Position numbers and translations under genes: made by a program. The notes beneath the pieces were generated by a model that was not told where the DNA came from, ran no database searches, and saw nothing but the letters and a program-made list of their open reading frames with translations. This document shows positions 1-12,220 of a stretch of DNA of 64,000 nucleotides, piece after piece. The DNA is from Schizochytrium sp. TIO01 (lineage: Eukaryota > Protista > Bigyra: Labyrinthulomycetes), in the NCBI GenBank assembly GCA_004764695.1, contig SMSO01000031.1, positions 3,820,436-3,884,435 of the forward strand, in the 5' to 3' direction. The stretch's first letter is position 1; every line of letters starts with the position of its first letter.

Positions 1-626
1 TTCCTCTGTTCTGTCTTTTGTTTTTTGTTTTTTCTACAAGAAAAAATATGATTTATTCTTCTTTTTGCGAAACTAAAACAAATAAAAGTTTTATCCTTTT
101 GAAAAATAAAAATAAAACATTATTGTCATGATATTTACTCAAATCATACTTCCTCTCATACATCGGTTCCATCATTTTAGTGTATATGTGGAATTCTCGT
201 TGGGCATAGAAATACCATAGACCAAAGTTTTCTCATCATTACTCGCTGCGTAATAAATCATTCTTTTGCTAAGAAATACCTTGCTTGTAAAAGCATACAA
301 CGATCTCCTTTAGGAGTTTTTTAGAGCTATAACATTGTCCCGTATGAAAGCTTTCTTTGGATGTTGAGTCGTGCTTATCCTCTGCCTACCCTCGTTGCAG
401 GGTTTTACTGATATAAAGTAAAACCGCTGCTCAATTTCTAAGGACAGAGAACAATCATAGAAAACCTATGCGCGTTATATTCCCCGGAAAGCCAGATATA
501 TTTTTAATCATATGATTCAAAAGTGATTGATGTTCTCTATTGTCACGGCTAAGTTTCCAGCCCGTTTATAATCAATCAAAGAGCAGAGTCTTGCCACAGC
601 TCAACAATCGCAACGACTGTATCTGA

Positions 627-629
<3 letters not shown>

Positions 630-657
<28 letters not shown>
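630..657. repeat. (TA)n microsatellite
   Basis: Perfect TA run read directly. Confidence 0.95.
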
Positions 658-663
<6 letters not shown>

Positions 664-1920
664 TTAAATGATAAAATTACCATTCTGGCAATAATATAAT
701 GAAAATTTGTCCTGAAACTTGAAACTCAGGCAAATATGAGATTTTATTAGTTTCCTCCGCATCAAGCCAACCGGAGTGTTCTTTGAACAATGTTGATTCT
801 TTATTCCTTATTTTACTGCGATTATCATGAATACTACACCAAAAGATGTAATTTTAAAGTATGGAATTTTCGAGTATCAAGACATAGCAAAGTTCTACTA
901 ACGGTTTTTTTTAATGATTAAAACTTTTTTATGATCAGAATGAGTGCAACTCCCACCCCACCCGCAATTAGTTTGATAAATAAAGTTGTCCCGCATCGGT
1001 AAATAGGCCGATTTATCGACCCCGTAACATGTATTTTACGCTCAAGGGACCATATTTTAGCTTCCATTCTAGCTTTGAGTTCATCACTATCACTTTTATT
1101 TTTTATAAATTTCGAAAGGTGCAGAACGAATTTGTTAAGAAACTATATCTTCGTTGACTCTTTTGCTGTCATATTGTACTTGAAGTATCAAAGTCATACA
1201 CGACATTCTTGACGAAATAATAGTTTGCATCTCTAACTAATGTTTCAAGACATACATTTTCAAGTAATAGTCGTCTTTACAGAACCAAAAACGAATGATA
1301 TATAGATTTGCAAGAGTTTTGCAGCTTTCGTAACCATGCTATGCGCCAGAGAGGAAAAACGTGATTTCATATCTTTTATTAGACTAGATGACAATAGCAT
1401 AGCTGCACTATTGCGATTATGAATGACACACTGCATAAGCTTATATAAAAAGGAAACTTTGAATCAGGGAAGCTGGTCTATCCCCCCAGCATGGCAGGAA
1501 ATCTTGCGCTTCTGCACTTTCGATTCGTGGTACTTTTTATTCAAATCTCACAAGTTGGTTGCGTTCGTTTCGTTTTTATTATTTTATTTTATTTTTTGTC
1601 CTCACCCTCATCAAAACATAAAATTAGTTCAAGTGATGCAGGTCTTTCATTGAAAGACCCGGGGTCCATAGCGCAGTCACGTGCTGGCTTTCCTTCCGTT
1701 TCCTGGCCATTGATTGCAAAATCAAAGCATCTCCAACTAGCAAGCGCAACCTTCACACGGAAATCCAAAGGTTCACTGCAACAAACAAGAGATATAGAAG
1801 GTCCCAGATTATATGTGGATAGTTGAGCTGGGAATACTATTAGAAAAAAATTAGAAAATAAAAACCACAAAGATATACAATCATAGAGGAAGGATTCCAT
1901 CAAAGAAGGAAAAATAGGCG

Positions 1921-2300
1921 TCATGTGAGATTGCATAAGCAGTCCATATAGTACCATTTATGCCTATAGTATGCCCTATCTATCGAGACATTGATTCCCC
2001 GATCGTCTGGTTGGTCTTTAATAATTGTCTCTACTTCCATTGGAGACTTCAACGTTTCAAAACTCATACTATCATTAAAAAGCTCATTTAAATGATACTG
2101 CGATTTCCAGTAGCGCAAAAGCGTTCCGCATTCTGCTTCGAAGGGATTATTTAAGCCCCGTGTTTCGTAGATAAAATCATTCATGAACCAAAACATTCGA
2201 GACTTCATAGATCCAAAGAATTTTGGATGCTTCGAATTAATAAAGATAAAGTTCTTCTTATGAGTTGGCTCGTGAACAACAAAAACGTATGTTTTGCAAA
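1921..2300 (-). pseudogene. Possible decayed coding fragment, unidentified
   Basis: About 125 codons open (…YVFVVHEPTHKKNFIFINSKHPKFFGSMKSRMFWFMNDFIYETRG…DRAYYRHKWYY…) with protein-like composition; flanked by stop-ridden coding-like pieces. No family recognised. Confidence 0.25.
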
Positions 2301-4932
2301 AGAGATTTCACTTATTCTGAGCGTAAGATATAAGTTCCTACTTTTTTACGTTTTTTGATCAAATAGACCAGACCACGCAATAAACTAGTTCTTTATAATT
2401 TCATATGCAACACGTGCAGCAGCCGTGGAATCTTTAAGCCACAGGTAGGCAAACGGAATAACTGGTGGGCATGGCTGCGTTTATCTCTGCTCTGACTTAA
2501 TGTTTTCCTCTCGAGGCATTCCTGCCACAGTAGTTGATGAATAGTGAGACTCTGTGCAAGAGCAACACTGCATATAACTTCCATCATACAAATACTAGAA
2601 CCACATAATCTCTTTTGAATGGCTAGCCTACCTAGGGCTACTTCCAAAACGAAAGGAGGAATCGTTGCTACGCTATAACCAATTTAAAACAAAAACACCA
2701 GCAGATGCCATATTAATTTTTGAAATTAAGTTTGATAATTTATTTTAGATTTTCAAGATTTACTCTGAAGGGCATGGTTTTTTCTCCATGCGCTATTTTC
2801 AAAGGCAAATCCAAGATCTCAAGAGCGCCCCCAGTCTCTACTTTAGATATCATCCAACTAAAAGCAACTCAGGCCGCAACTACTTGCATTGTGACAAACT
2901 TTATGAAAATACCAGGTAGAGAATATAATCACATCTACTGATTCAATCTAACAAATTTCTGTACGATGTGAGTACACGAATAAGGCTCCTGAGGCAACCT
3001 TTGACCATCTTTGTGACCTGCAACAATCCGTTACGGCTTGCTAGGCGAGGCCACATTAGTTTCCCATACTGGTAAAGAGGAAAAGGATGTCAGGTTTCAT
3101 ACTATGAAATCCAACTGGTGATGACTAACAGATGGAACAGCTGCATAATACGCTAACAAATACATTAATAACGAGGGTTCGCTTGATGATCTGTCACTAT
3201 GTTTGTTATATAATTATAGAGGAATACACAAATACGGTTATGCTCTATGTAACACATAAGGTAAGAAATCTCTTCTAGCGGTCAGTGGTTTCGTAATCTA
3301 AAATTTGAGATAAATAAAACGATGTACAGCTTGAAAATTCCACTTTTGATTATTGGTGCTTAAAGCGCCTTCTGCATTCTGACTTGAGTTTTCCCGGCAA
3401 GTCAAAGGATTAACAAGTACGAGAAGACTCTGAGAGTGGTGTCTATATATTCTCAAGTTATTCTTGTCTGGATATAAGAATATCGTAATGTTCCCTAGTA
3501 GACTTGTTCATGACGCACCTCTTCAATTTAATCTTTTAGAAAAAAAGAAAAAAAGAAAAAAAGATGGCCACTAGGAGTTGCCTCGTTCTTCAGAAAGTGA
3601 TGAAAAATTCTTTAATTAGGAAAAAAATAAATAAAAAAAAAATTAAATTGTTTTGAAATGATTTTTTTAAATTAAAAAACTATATACACATGGGCCTAAG
3701 ATAGGGTTTCAACTATATATTCTTCGGAGCAAAGTTCTGGGCTCCTAGCTAAGGCAATCTCAATCATTTTGATCAAACACTTTAAGGGGAAAATCTACCC
3801 ACGAGGTTCAGTCGATTAAAGTCATAGTCAGAGAACAACTAGCACTGCAACTACTTTTTTCTTTTTCTTTTTGTATGTATATATATATATTTATTTATTA
3901 AAATATTTTTTTAACTATGTATATATAGTATTAAAAGCAGAAGTGCTTCTAATTAATGTTTCGAGATACCATGAAGGTTTCTTAATAAGCTTGGATTTCT
4001 GGCATGATAATTTGGTTTTCACCAAGTGGAGGTGCGTCTCAAGTCGAAGTACTTCGGACTACTTAGCGTAGGGATGTTGATACATTCAAGCTTTGCATCC
4101 AAGACTGAAGAAAAATACGGAAACTCTCGCACGCACTCGTGAAGGCGCAAAATCGTCCGTTGTGGTCGTAGCGACGCGACCGGCGAACGGATCGCTTATT
4201 TGGTCAGTGGAGGTTAGAGGGCGTAGTTAAAGGTTCTCTACGCATAATGTGAGTTAACTGCCAGTTTTCGAAGGGAAAATAATAAATCCTCTACTCTCTT
4301 TTCCTCTGCAAATTTAACTTGTAGTGTAGAAGTGAGGAGGAAAGATGAATAAAAGGATGGAATTCCAAACGGACCTCGATTTTGTAAACAAGCCCAAGGA
4401 TGTGTAAGTGGGCTTGATCAAACCCGCTTCGATCTTGCATAGACTATCTCCAGCGAATATTCGGACAAGGCCTCTTAACAACATTGATACCACTCCAACC
4501 TAAACACGCTTGTATTTGTCCAGCACTAGCAGCACTGTACGGGTTCGAGCCTTCTGTACGACTATCTGAACGCAATCGTGCATCGTCAAAAAAACTCAGG
4601 CAGCTCACGTGTAGCTCCCGGCAAACAAAGAACTAACTGCTTGCTGACAGGGATCGATCAACGAGCATACAACACGATTCATCTCATTACTATTCGTCAA
4701 AAACTTTTGTACGATTTGCAGTCGTGAAGTAGCGCATAGCTCATTCTCTCAAAATCCAACTCGGCAGTTTTACAATTTTTTTATCTTTTCACTACGCCTT
4801 CAGTTATATTACTTTTCCGTCGATATAAGGAGAGCGTAAGCCGTGAGCAGGAGGTAGTGCTTTTATTGTCTGGAATTAAATCCTTGACTTGGGCGTAATC
4901 TTGCTAGCGGCTCAGATTTGGTTTTACCAAAG

Positions 4933-6942
4933 ATGACTTTAGGAGAAATCTTGTCATCGACTGCTGTAAGCAAGAACATCGAGCTTCCTGTGATAGAAAA
5001 GGAAAGTGTCCATGTAACTACGACGAGCTCCCATGCTCTACAGGAAACTCAAACCTCAAGCCCCAGTCTTAAGCGAAAGAGTAGTACAGAATCAAATGCC
5101 AGCACCGAGAACGTCAGCGCTGTGAACCGGGAAAAGGTTTCTAGGTGCGATGAAGAGCAATCACACAAAAAAAACACGGACGAGATTTCTATTCCTTCAA
5201 ATTCGTCGTCAAACCAAACATTTGAGGGTCGACGCAATCTACCCATTCCAACTTTATCTGAAATCCCTCCGGGACCTATGGATGAAGAAGACAACTTTGA
5301 TGGCAGTGGCCCACCGAACCCCCCGCTATCTACATCGACTGAGTTTGCTACACCCAACCCTCTCATGCACTTTGATGCATTTCCAATGACCCCAGCCAAG
5401 GAAGCCTCAACTGACCCAAGCACCACTGCAAGCATTATTGTTGCAACTGGGCCAGTGGGTGAGGGTAGCATTCGTAAGCGCCGAGCCGGAAGGCGATGGA
5501 CTGCGCACGAAGATGCTGTACTGAAAGCCTTGGTAGAGAAAAATGGCCATCGCCACTGGAAAAAGTGCGCTCGCGAATTTCAAGAGCTCTCTGGATCTGT
5601 TCGTTCAGATGTCCAATGTTTGCACAGATGGAATAAGTGTCTTCGCCCTGGATTAGTAAAGGGTCAATGGACTCCAGAGGAGGATGCTATCATCATTCAA
5701 ATGATCAAGGAGAACGGTGGTCATCACAACGTGCGTTGGAGCGTCATTGCTAAAAAACTGAATGGTCGTCTTGGCAAGCAGGTTCGAGAGCGCTGGATTA
5801 ATCATCTTGATCCGAGCATTGTGAAAAAGGAATGGTCAAGTGAAGAAGACGAACAGCTTTACCAGCTTCAGAAGCGTTTCGGCAATCGCTGGAAGTGGAT
5901 TGCGGAGCTCATGCCTGGTCGTTCAGAAAACGGCGTCAAGAACAGGTGGCACTCAATTAAGCCATCCATGCTTGCGAGGAAGGATCAGAAAGAAGGTGGT
6001 GCTGCACCTGCTGTACTGTCTGTACCGAAGAATCCCAAAGAAGATCCCAAAGCAGTGCAAGCCACTGCTCGTACAATGACTGCAGCTGCTGTCAAGGCTG
6101 CCGCGAACGCAATAGCCTCTAAGAATAACAAGGCTGCCTCTAAACGACCTGGACCGCGCAAACTCAAAGCGACCCCAGGACGGAAGAGAACTAAGACGGA
6201 GGAAGCCAGTTCGCCTCGCCCAGGAACTCTAGCTGACCTCCTTTCCATTGGGCAGCAATTTGCAGCGGCTGCTGATAAGAATATTGCAAATGCTGAACAA
6301 GCAGGATTCAATATGAATCTTGAGGAAGTTGCTGAGAAGGCTAAAGAGCTGCTCCGAATGTCGGAGTCATACCGAGAGATGGCCCGCGCAATGATTGCAA
6401 AGTCAGCATCTAACAGTGGAAAGACATCAAGTACTCCGACATCCCCACACTTCAATGCACATATTCAGCAAGAAATCTCACATCAAATTGGAAAACAACT
6501 TGCCCAAGCCCAGCATAGTCAACAGGACTCTATTTCCCAAGCTGAGAAAGCACCTGACTCTCGGAAAGCATCTCTTTTTGGCTCTTCTTTACCAAGTGTC
6601 CAAACCTCCTTAGATGCGATGATCGCCTCCAGTCATGGAGCACAGCAGGCGACTCCATCTCCAATGACGCAGGACCCTGTGCTTTTCAAGACCTATCTTA
6701 CAATGTTTGCCAATTCGATATCCCAAAGCTCTCCCAGCACTGTCACAAGTAAACACTCTCCAACATCAACAACCTCCGAATCCGCATCGCAGTCGCCATC
6801 CATAACTACAACTCCAACAATGGCAGGTCTTTTGGAGAAAGGATTAACTAAGTCTGAAGGCCAGCTGTCGCCTCACCAACTTTTGGCAGCAGCTGCTGCT
6901 GTCGCAGTCCAGCAAGGTCAGCAGCAATCCTCTGCTGCATGA
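4933..6942 (+). CDS. R1R2R3 (3R) Myb transcription factor, ~669 aa
   Basis: Three tandem Myb repeats: WTAHED…RSDVQCLHRW, GQWTPEED…RLGKQVRERWINHLDP, EWSSEED…GNRW…GRSENGVKNRWHS. Low-complexity flanks. First ATG at 4933; the ORF track starts at an upstream TTG. Confidence 0.95.
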   Translation: MTLGEILSSTAVSKNIELPVIEKESVHVTTTSSHALQETQTSSPSLKRKSSTESNASTENVSAVNREKVSRCDEEQSHKKNTDEISIPSNSSSNQTFEGRRNLPIPTLSEIPPGPMDEEDNFDGSGPPNPPLSTSTEFATPNPLMHFDAFPMTPAKEASTDPSTTASIIVATGPVGEGSIRKRRAGRRWTAHEDAVLKALVEKNGHRHWKKCAREFQELSGSVRSDVQCLHRWNKCLRPGLVKGQWTPEEDAIIIQMIKENGGHHNVRWSVIAKKLNGRLGKQVRERWINHLDPSIVKKEWSSEEDEQLYQLQKRFGNRWKWIAELMPGRSENGVKNRWHSIKPSMLARKDQKEGGAAPAVLSVPKNPKEDPKAVQATARTMTAAAVKAAANAIASKNNKAASKRPGPRKLKATPGRKRTKTEEASSPRPGTLADLLSIGQQFAAAADKNIANAEQAGFNMNLEEVAEKAKELLRMSESYREMARAMIAKSASNSGKTSSTPTSPHFNAHIQQEISHQIGKQLAQAQHSQQDSISQAEKAPDSRKASLFGSSLPSVQTSLDAMIASSHGAQQATPSPMTQDPVLFKTYLTMFANSISQSSPSTVTSKHSPTSTTSESASQSPSITTTPTMAGLLEKGLTKSEGQLSPHQLLAAAAAVAVQQGQQQSSAA

Positions 6943-7848
6943 TTGAGAGAATCGTAAACTGAATTGATTGACAGGACATCTGAAAAAATAGGAAGGACAA
7001 TATGTAAACACGAAATGTGAAGGCCTTGTGTCACCAAGGTAAGACATTCTTTTTCCTCTGTCTGCATGGCATATCAGCAGACTTTTGTTTTGGTAACCAA
7101 CCAAGACTCCGCCAAAATCATTTGAAAGGTTTTGTCGAAACTTTAAACATTATGCAATAGTCATCGAAATTGGTCATATAAATGTTTTTTCTTTTATTTT
7201 TTTCTTTCTTCGTTCTTGAAACCTCAACAGTACTGCTGAAAATTAATTTCGCTCCTCGAATAGTTGGCGTGACTCACCTTGGTATCAAGGTCACATTTGA
7301 GGACTGACTGCTTACTTTTAATTCAAGATTTCTCCGGTTTACATCAAGGTTATTCAAACTAGTAGGGAAGGATTTCAAGACCTCTTCCTTAAAATACACG
7401 TGTAACAAACAGACAGGTATTTGAGAGAGTACTGTCAGTATAATCGAGTCCCCCAAGTTCATTTCATGCGAGATACTCTACAGAATGAGCCCGTTAAAGA
7501 GAAGGAACGCTATATCTCCCTAATCGATAATGCAGACTCAAGCTCAAGTATGGCAAAGCAGTATAGCAGACTTCAGCTTCCTGCTTTCCCAACGCACAAT
7601 GACTTATCTTTGTATGTGATTCATGCCTCCTTATAATGTTAAATTACCATAATTATTAGTATTACTTAGCTGCTATTAAGCATATCTGTGTTATCATTAT
7701 TCTATTTCCCAACTTAAACGCGACGAAGTCTGGAGTTTAAACAACCTGGGCCAAACGCAAATTGATTGTCAATAAGCGAGCACAAACATAAAAGGCGCGA
7801 CTGCAGATCGAAGGAAGCCTGGTTGCCCAGAAATAAACAGTGGGACCG

Positions 7849-8274
7849 ATGCGAATACTTGGACTTGGTGTTGATATTGCCCATATTCCTCGTTTCGAGC
7901 GCACTTTTAGCAAGTTTGGAGATCGGTTCGCGCGAAAGTTTTTACACGAACATGAGCTTAGAGCTCTGTTTGAAGCCCAGGCAGAGGCACCAGGTAGAGT
8001 AACTCGCTACCTAGCGTCAAGGTGGGCTGCCAAAGAAGCAACTTATAAAGCACTCGGTCCTAGCCAACCACGTCTTCTGTTTCCTGAGTTCGAAGTTGTA
8101 ACTGGACCTCGGGCAGGAGGCCCACAACCTAAGATTCAACTGCACGGCCACGCTGCAATTCATGCTGAGCAGATTGGAGTTGAAGAAATATTTCTGTCTC
8201 TATCCCATGATGGCGAGTATGCTTTTGCTCAGGTTTTATTGCAAGGATCGCCAAAAGACATGTTCACAAAGTGA
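7849..8274 (+). CDS. acpS: Holo-[acyl-carrier-protein] synthase (AcpS-type 4'-phosphopantetheinyl transferase), ~141 aa
   Basis: Motifs GLGVDI, LASRWAAKEATYKAL and LSLSHDGEYAFAQV; size typical of AcpS. Confidence 0.93.
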   Translation: MRILGLGVDIAHIPRFERTFSKFGDRFARKFLHEHELRALFEAQAEAPGRVTRYLASRWAAKEATYKALGPSQPRLLFPEFEVVTGPRAGGPQPKIQLHGHAAIHAEQIGVEEIFLSLSHDGEYAFAQVLLQGSPKDMFTK

Positions 8275-8435
8275 ATATCAAGTCGCGAATTATTGTTCAG
8301 TCTCCGACGAAGATCTGGTTTAGGATTCTACAAAGAAAAGCAGCAAGTGTCCGTGAACTAGAAAAATCGCGAAGCCTGAGTCTTTTTAAGAAGCTACATA
8401 GTTAATTTAATATGTACGATTGCTGTTCTGTATCA

Positions 8436-11400
8436 CTATTCCTCTGCAGCAGCTACAACAATGAGGGCTACTGGCATTTTAATTTTATTCGCCTCTGTGT
8501 CGTGCTCGATAAGAACCCCCTGCTCTGTTGGGCTCTGTGAAACCTTTTCGGCATCGGAAGAAGAGCTTTGCGTGAGTACAGATGTAAAATCCTGGCCATT
8601 CAGCGCAATGCTAATCATGTAGTCGCCTGGTTCATGGAACTGTGGAATCTGACAATGTGCAACTAATGTAAATAATGACCCAGGCTGCTCATCATCCGTA
8701 GTACTATTGTCGTTCTCAGTATCGGATTCTGAGTTATCTGTTATCACGACTGGGGCGTCATATACATGGCCTGAGGTGGCATGCAGGAATCGCACGATAC
8801 TGGTTTCCTTGATGCTTGGTAGATAGAACCTTGACTCCAACGTCAAACTCAACAAATTTTCTGATGAGGCATCTGTACTCTTCAATTCTTCAATTTCTTC
8901 CTGTGCCTCGCCATCAGAAAGAATATGTTGTGTAACACATTCAGGTTGAATGCTTCTGATCACAGGTTGCTCAAAGATTTCTACAGTACCTAGAGAATGT
9001 AAGAAATCCCGTCCGTTCACCGCCACTCGTACGGTGAACTTCACTGACTCATGATCTGCCTGTTTTGACTTTTCAAGAGCAACACTTTCTGCCACCTTGC
9101 GTGCTTCGGCCAGTTCAACTTCTCGAGTTTCTTTTGTTGATTCGTTTTCCTCGGTAGGTTCCTGGAAATTTTGTGCGAGGTATTCTTCAAAGATTCGCGC
9201 ATGAAGTTGCTGGCGCATATACTCGCGAACTTTTACATAAACCTCATGCAAGTCACCTGTAGAGCATCTGATAAGAGAACCATTTTGCTCAACCTTTGTT
9301 TGTGCTGCTTTGGTTGGAGGAAGTGCAGATCGCTGATCTGCAGTAAACTCCAATTTAATGTTTGAAGTTTGGAATACCCAACCAGGTTGACTGTCCCTTG
9401 TCTTGATTTCTATTTCACACCCAGTTGATGGAAGTATGCATGGAAAGGGTTGCAAGAAATTGCCAGCATAGATGTAGAATGGTTTGGGAGACCAGGACCA
9501 TGAGATTCCACCATTCAGTGAAATTGCAAGACGCATTTCTTTGTGGCCCCAACCTTGGCCGTTTGGTAATTCACAATTTTGGAATATGTGAGGCTGAAAG
9601 AGAATCTTGGATAAATCTTGGCTTAGCTGCCCAGAAACTTCCGAATAGACCTTTGGAAGTGCATCTGGGCCCTCGTTGGGTCCCTGAGGGTAAGATTCTG
9701 TCATTCGAACTACGATAGAGCCACTGTGTTGCTTCACGAGCCCAGACATATAAATTTCTACAGGAGCTAAACCGTTGACATCAAATTCATCTTTGTTACT
9801 TGTTGTTTTTTCACTCCCCGTTGGATCTTTACATGGAAAAGCCCATGGTACCACCTGTTCAACCTGAGGTCGGGTCAGAGTGCATGTGCGATGTTCAACT
9901 GAAAGGTGTTCGGTCTTTGCAAAGGTGATACCATTCAACGATATGTTAACGTCCACATCCCCTGAATGAAACCCACCTAATGCATCGATTACATCATTAA
10001 TGTTAAATTTAGCCTCAACACAGAGGATTTCGTGAATTTCCCTGGAATTTCCCTCTCAGATACTTGATCCTCTACATCAGACGCTGTAGCCTGCGACGCA
10101 GGACCCTTCAAAGATGCTGGAAGAAAAACCTGTTTTCCTTTAAATGCTAGACGTATGCACAGCTCTGGCATGGCAAACAGTCCAGTACCATTCACTGAAA
10201 AAACGCTAGTTTGCGATCGATCGTCAGCAGAGCATGACAATAAGCAAGATGCAACACTGGATAGCGCGCATGGTTCTGTGTAAATATAAAATATCTCGTC
10301 AGATGTGAAGGTACTGCCATCGATTGCAACTTGAACCAAGGTGACACCCGCAACAACACTTGCTGGTGCAATGCATATTACATTCCCAGTCAAAGGATCA
10401 AACTTTCCATCGACAATTTCAATTTGCCGTGGATCCTTGTTATTGCTATGCGATTGTCCAGAGTCTGAGCTTACCGTGGAAGCTGCATCATCAAGGTCAA
10501 GGCCATCATCACTGAGCGTTTCGTTCAGGTGCTCTGACTCTGTGTCTTCTTCGTTGTTAACAGTGTCATTTGCTTCATTTTGGTTGTTCACATCTACTTT
10601 TTTCTGCATAGGTACAAACCGAACTTTAATGGAGCCTGATTCCCAAAACCCAACACCACTGATTGCAACTTCATGCCCTCCTTCTAAAGGCCCGTTGCTT
10701 GGATGTACAGCTGAGGCCAAAGTTGGAATGAGAATGAGAGCTCCAGCATGCGCGGATACATGTGCGAGCCCTACACGGGCATCTGGTTTATCTTTTCTGA
10801 CTATGAGTTTTTGTGGTACTCGTGTGGTCTTTCCCTTCGAAATACCCAGGCCCCATGTGTATGGGACGCTCTGTATTGAAGTTGAACCTGACGCATGCCC
10901 ACATGCCGAAACAGACTGCATACGAGGTAAGCTTCCGCCATCACTGCAAACTTGAGTAGGCTCGAAACGTGATTTTAAATCTCCAGTGCCAAGTTGACCG
11001 TATGAGTTCAGACCCCAGCTCATCATAAAGCCAACTTTATCAAGGACAAGAACATGAGAGTCACCACACGCTAAATCAACGTAGAATCCCACTCCTTCCT
11101 GATTTCCCGATTCGTCATGAGAAGCACTCGCTGAAGATGTAGATGACAGAGTAGTTAAATTTAGTTGAAATTCAGAGGGGTGCTCTGAATTCAAAATTTT
11201 GCTCTTCTGAATATTTTCACTTTGAGGACTTTGAAGATTGTTGCTTTCCCTGTGACTTTGTAAATCAGGCACATTTGAGCAAGACTGATCCGATTTTTCA
11301 TTATGAGATCGATCGTCTGCTTCAAGACGGGCATCTTCACTCTCGAGCCCCAGGGTCTTGCGCGCTTCCTCAGGTAAAATGTCAAGATAGTCTTCAACAG

Positions 11401-12220
11401 TTTCAACGTCACTGAGTTTATCATGCCGAGTAGTTTGAGAGTTTCCAGATCTAGCTGATTCACCCTTGCAAGGTCCAAGAACTCGACTCGGCTTATTTCT
11501 TGCTGTACAGCGTCCCATGCCAAGCTGACCGCAAAGACCCTGGCCCCAAGTCCACACGGATCCATTTGTGTCTAGAGCAGCTGAAAAGTGCGAGCCGCAC
11601 CCAATTTTGTAGATGTGAACACGGTGTAAACCCTGCACCATTCTTGGAACAAGGCGAAAAGCCATATGGGGATAGATTTTAAGATTTACCTCGTCAACTA
11701 CTCCTTGACCAAGTTGACCTTCAATGCCCCGACCCCATGAGAAAACTACTCCATCATGAGAAAGAGCCAAGCTGTGTGCACTTCCACAACTTACTTGTTT
11801 AATCTCATGTGCATCCAGATTTGGAACCACCTCTGGAACTTCAGATCCTCGAGTATGGCCCAGACCGAGTCGACCTTCCTCGCCACTCCCCCAGGTGTAT
11901 AGTCGACTATCATGAAGCCCAATGCCGGCCAAGAAATTACTGCTAAAAGCTATGCTCTCAAGTGGGACATCGTTCATAATCTCTCCATTAGATAAGTCGT
12001 GAGCACATCCTTGGACGTCAAGTGCAACACACCTACCATTTCGATTGCAGGCCAATTGAACAAGTTTGATACCACGGACGTGCTCGGCGGTGCGACTCTC
12101 CTTCTCATCAACCATAAATACCTCGCCAAGGACACCTGGTGAGATTTCCTCCTCGATCGGGGCGACCGAATCGAGACCCCCGGTTCGAGCTGTTGCGAGA
12201 GGATCAAAAGGTCCATCCAT
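8436..12220 (-). CDS. RCC1-repeat plus multiple IPT/TIG-domain protein, ~1260 aa, split by one frameshift near 10040
   Basis: RCC1 repeats (LYTWGSGEEGRLGLG, VSCGSAHSLAL, WGRGIEGQLGQG, WGLNSYGQLGTGD), then a TIG start (VHPSNGPLEGGHEVAISGVGF) and five V/I-x-[LIV][ND]G-x-x-[FW] strand ends. ORFs 9989-12220 and 8436-9956 join if one G is added at CCAGGG^AAATTC. Confidence 0.85.

Noticed and set aside
4535-4560. GGTTCGAGCC, resembling a tRNA T-loop/B-box
   Set aside because: No cloverleaf or acceptor stem can be built around it.
5049-6455. Antisense and alternate-frame ORFs over the Myb gene (and likewise over RCC1, Sec10, MMPL, Ipi1 and the nucleoporin)
   Set aside because: Shadows of the real CDS; no motifs of their own.
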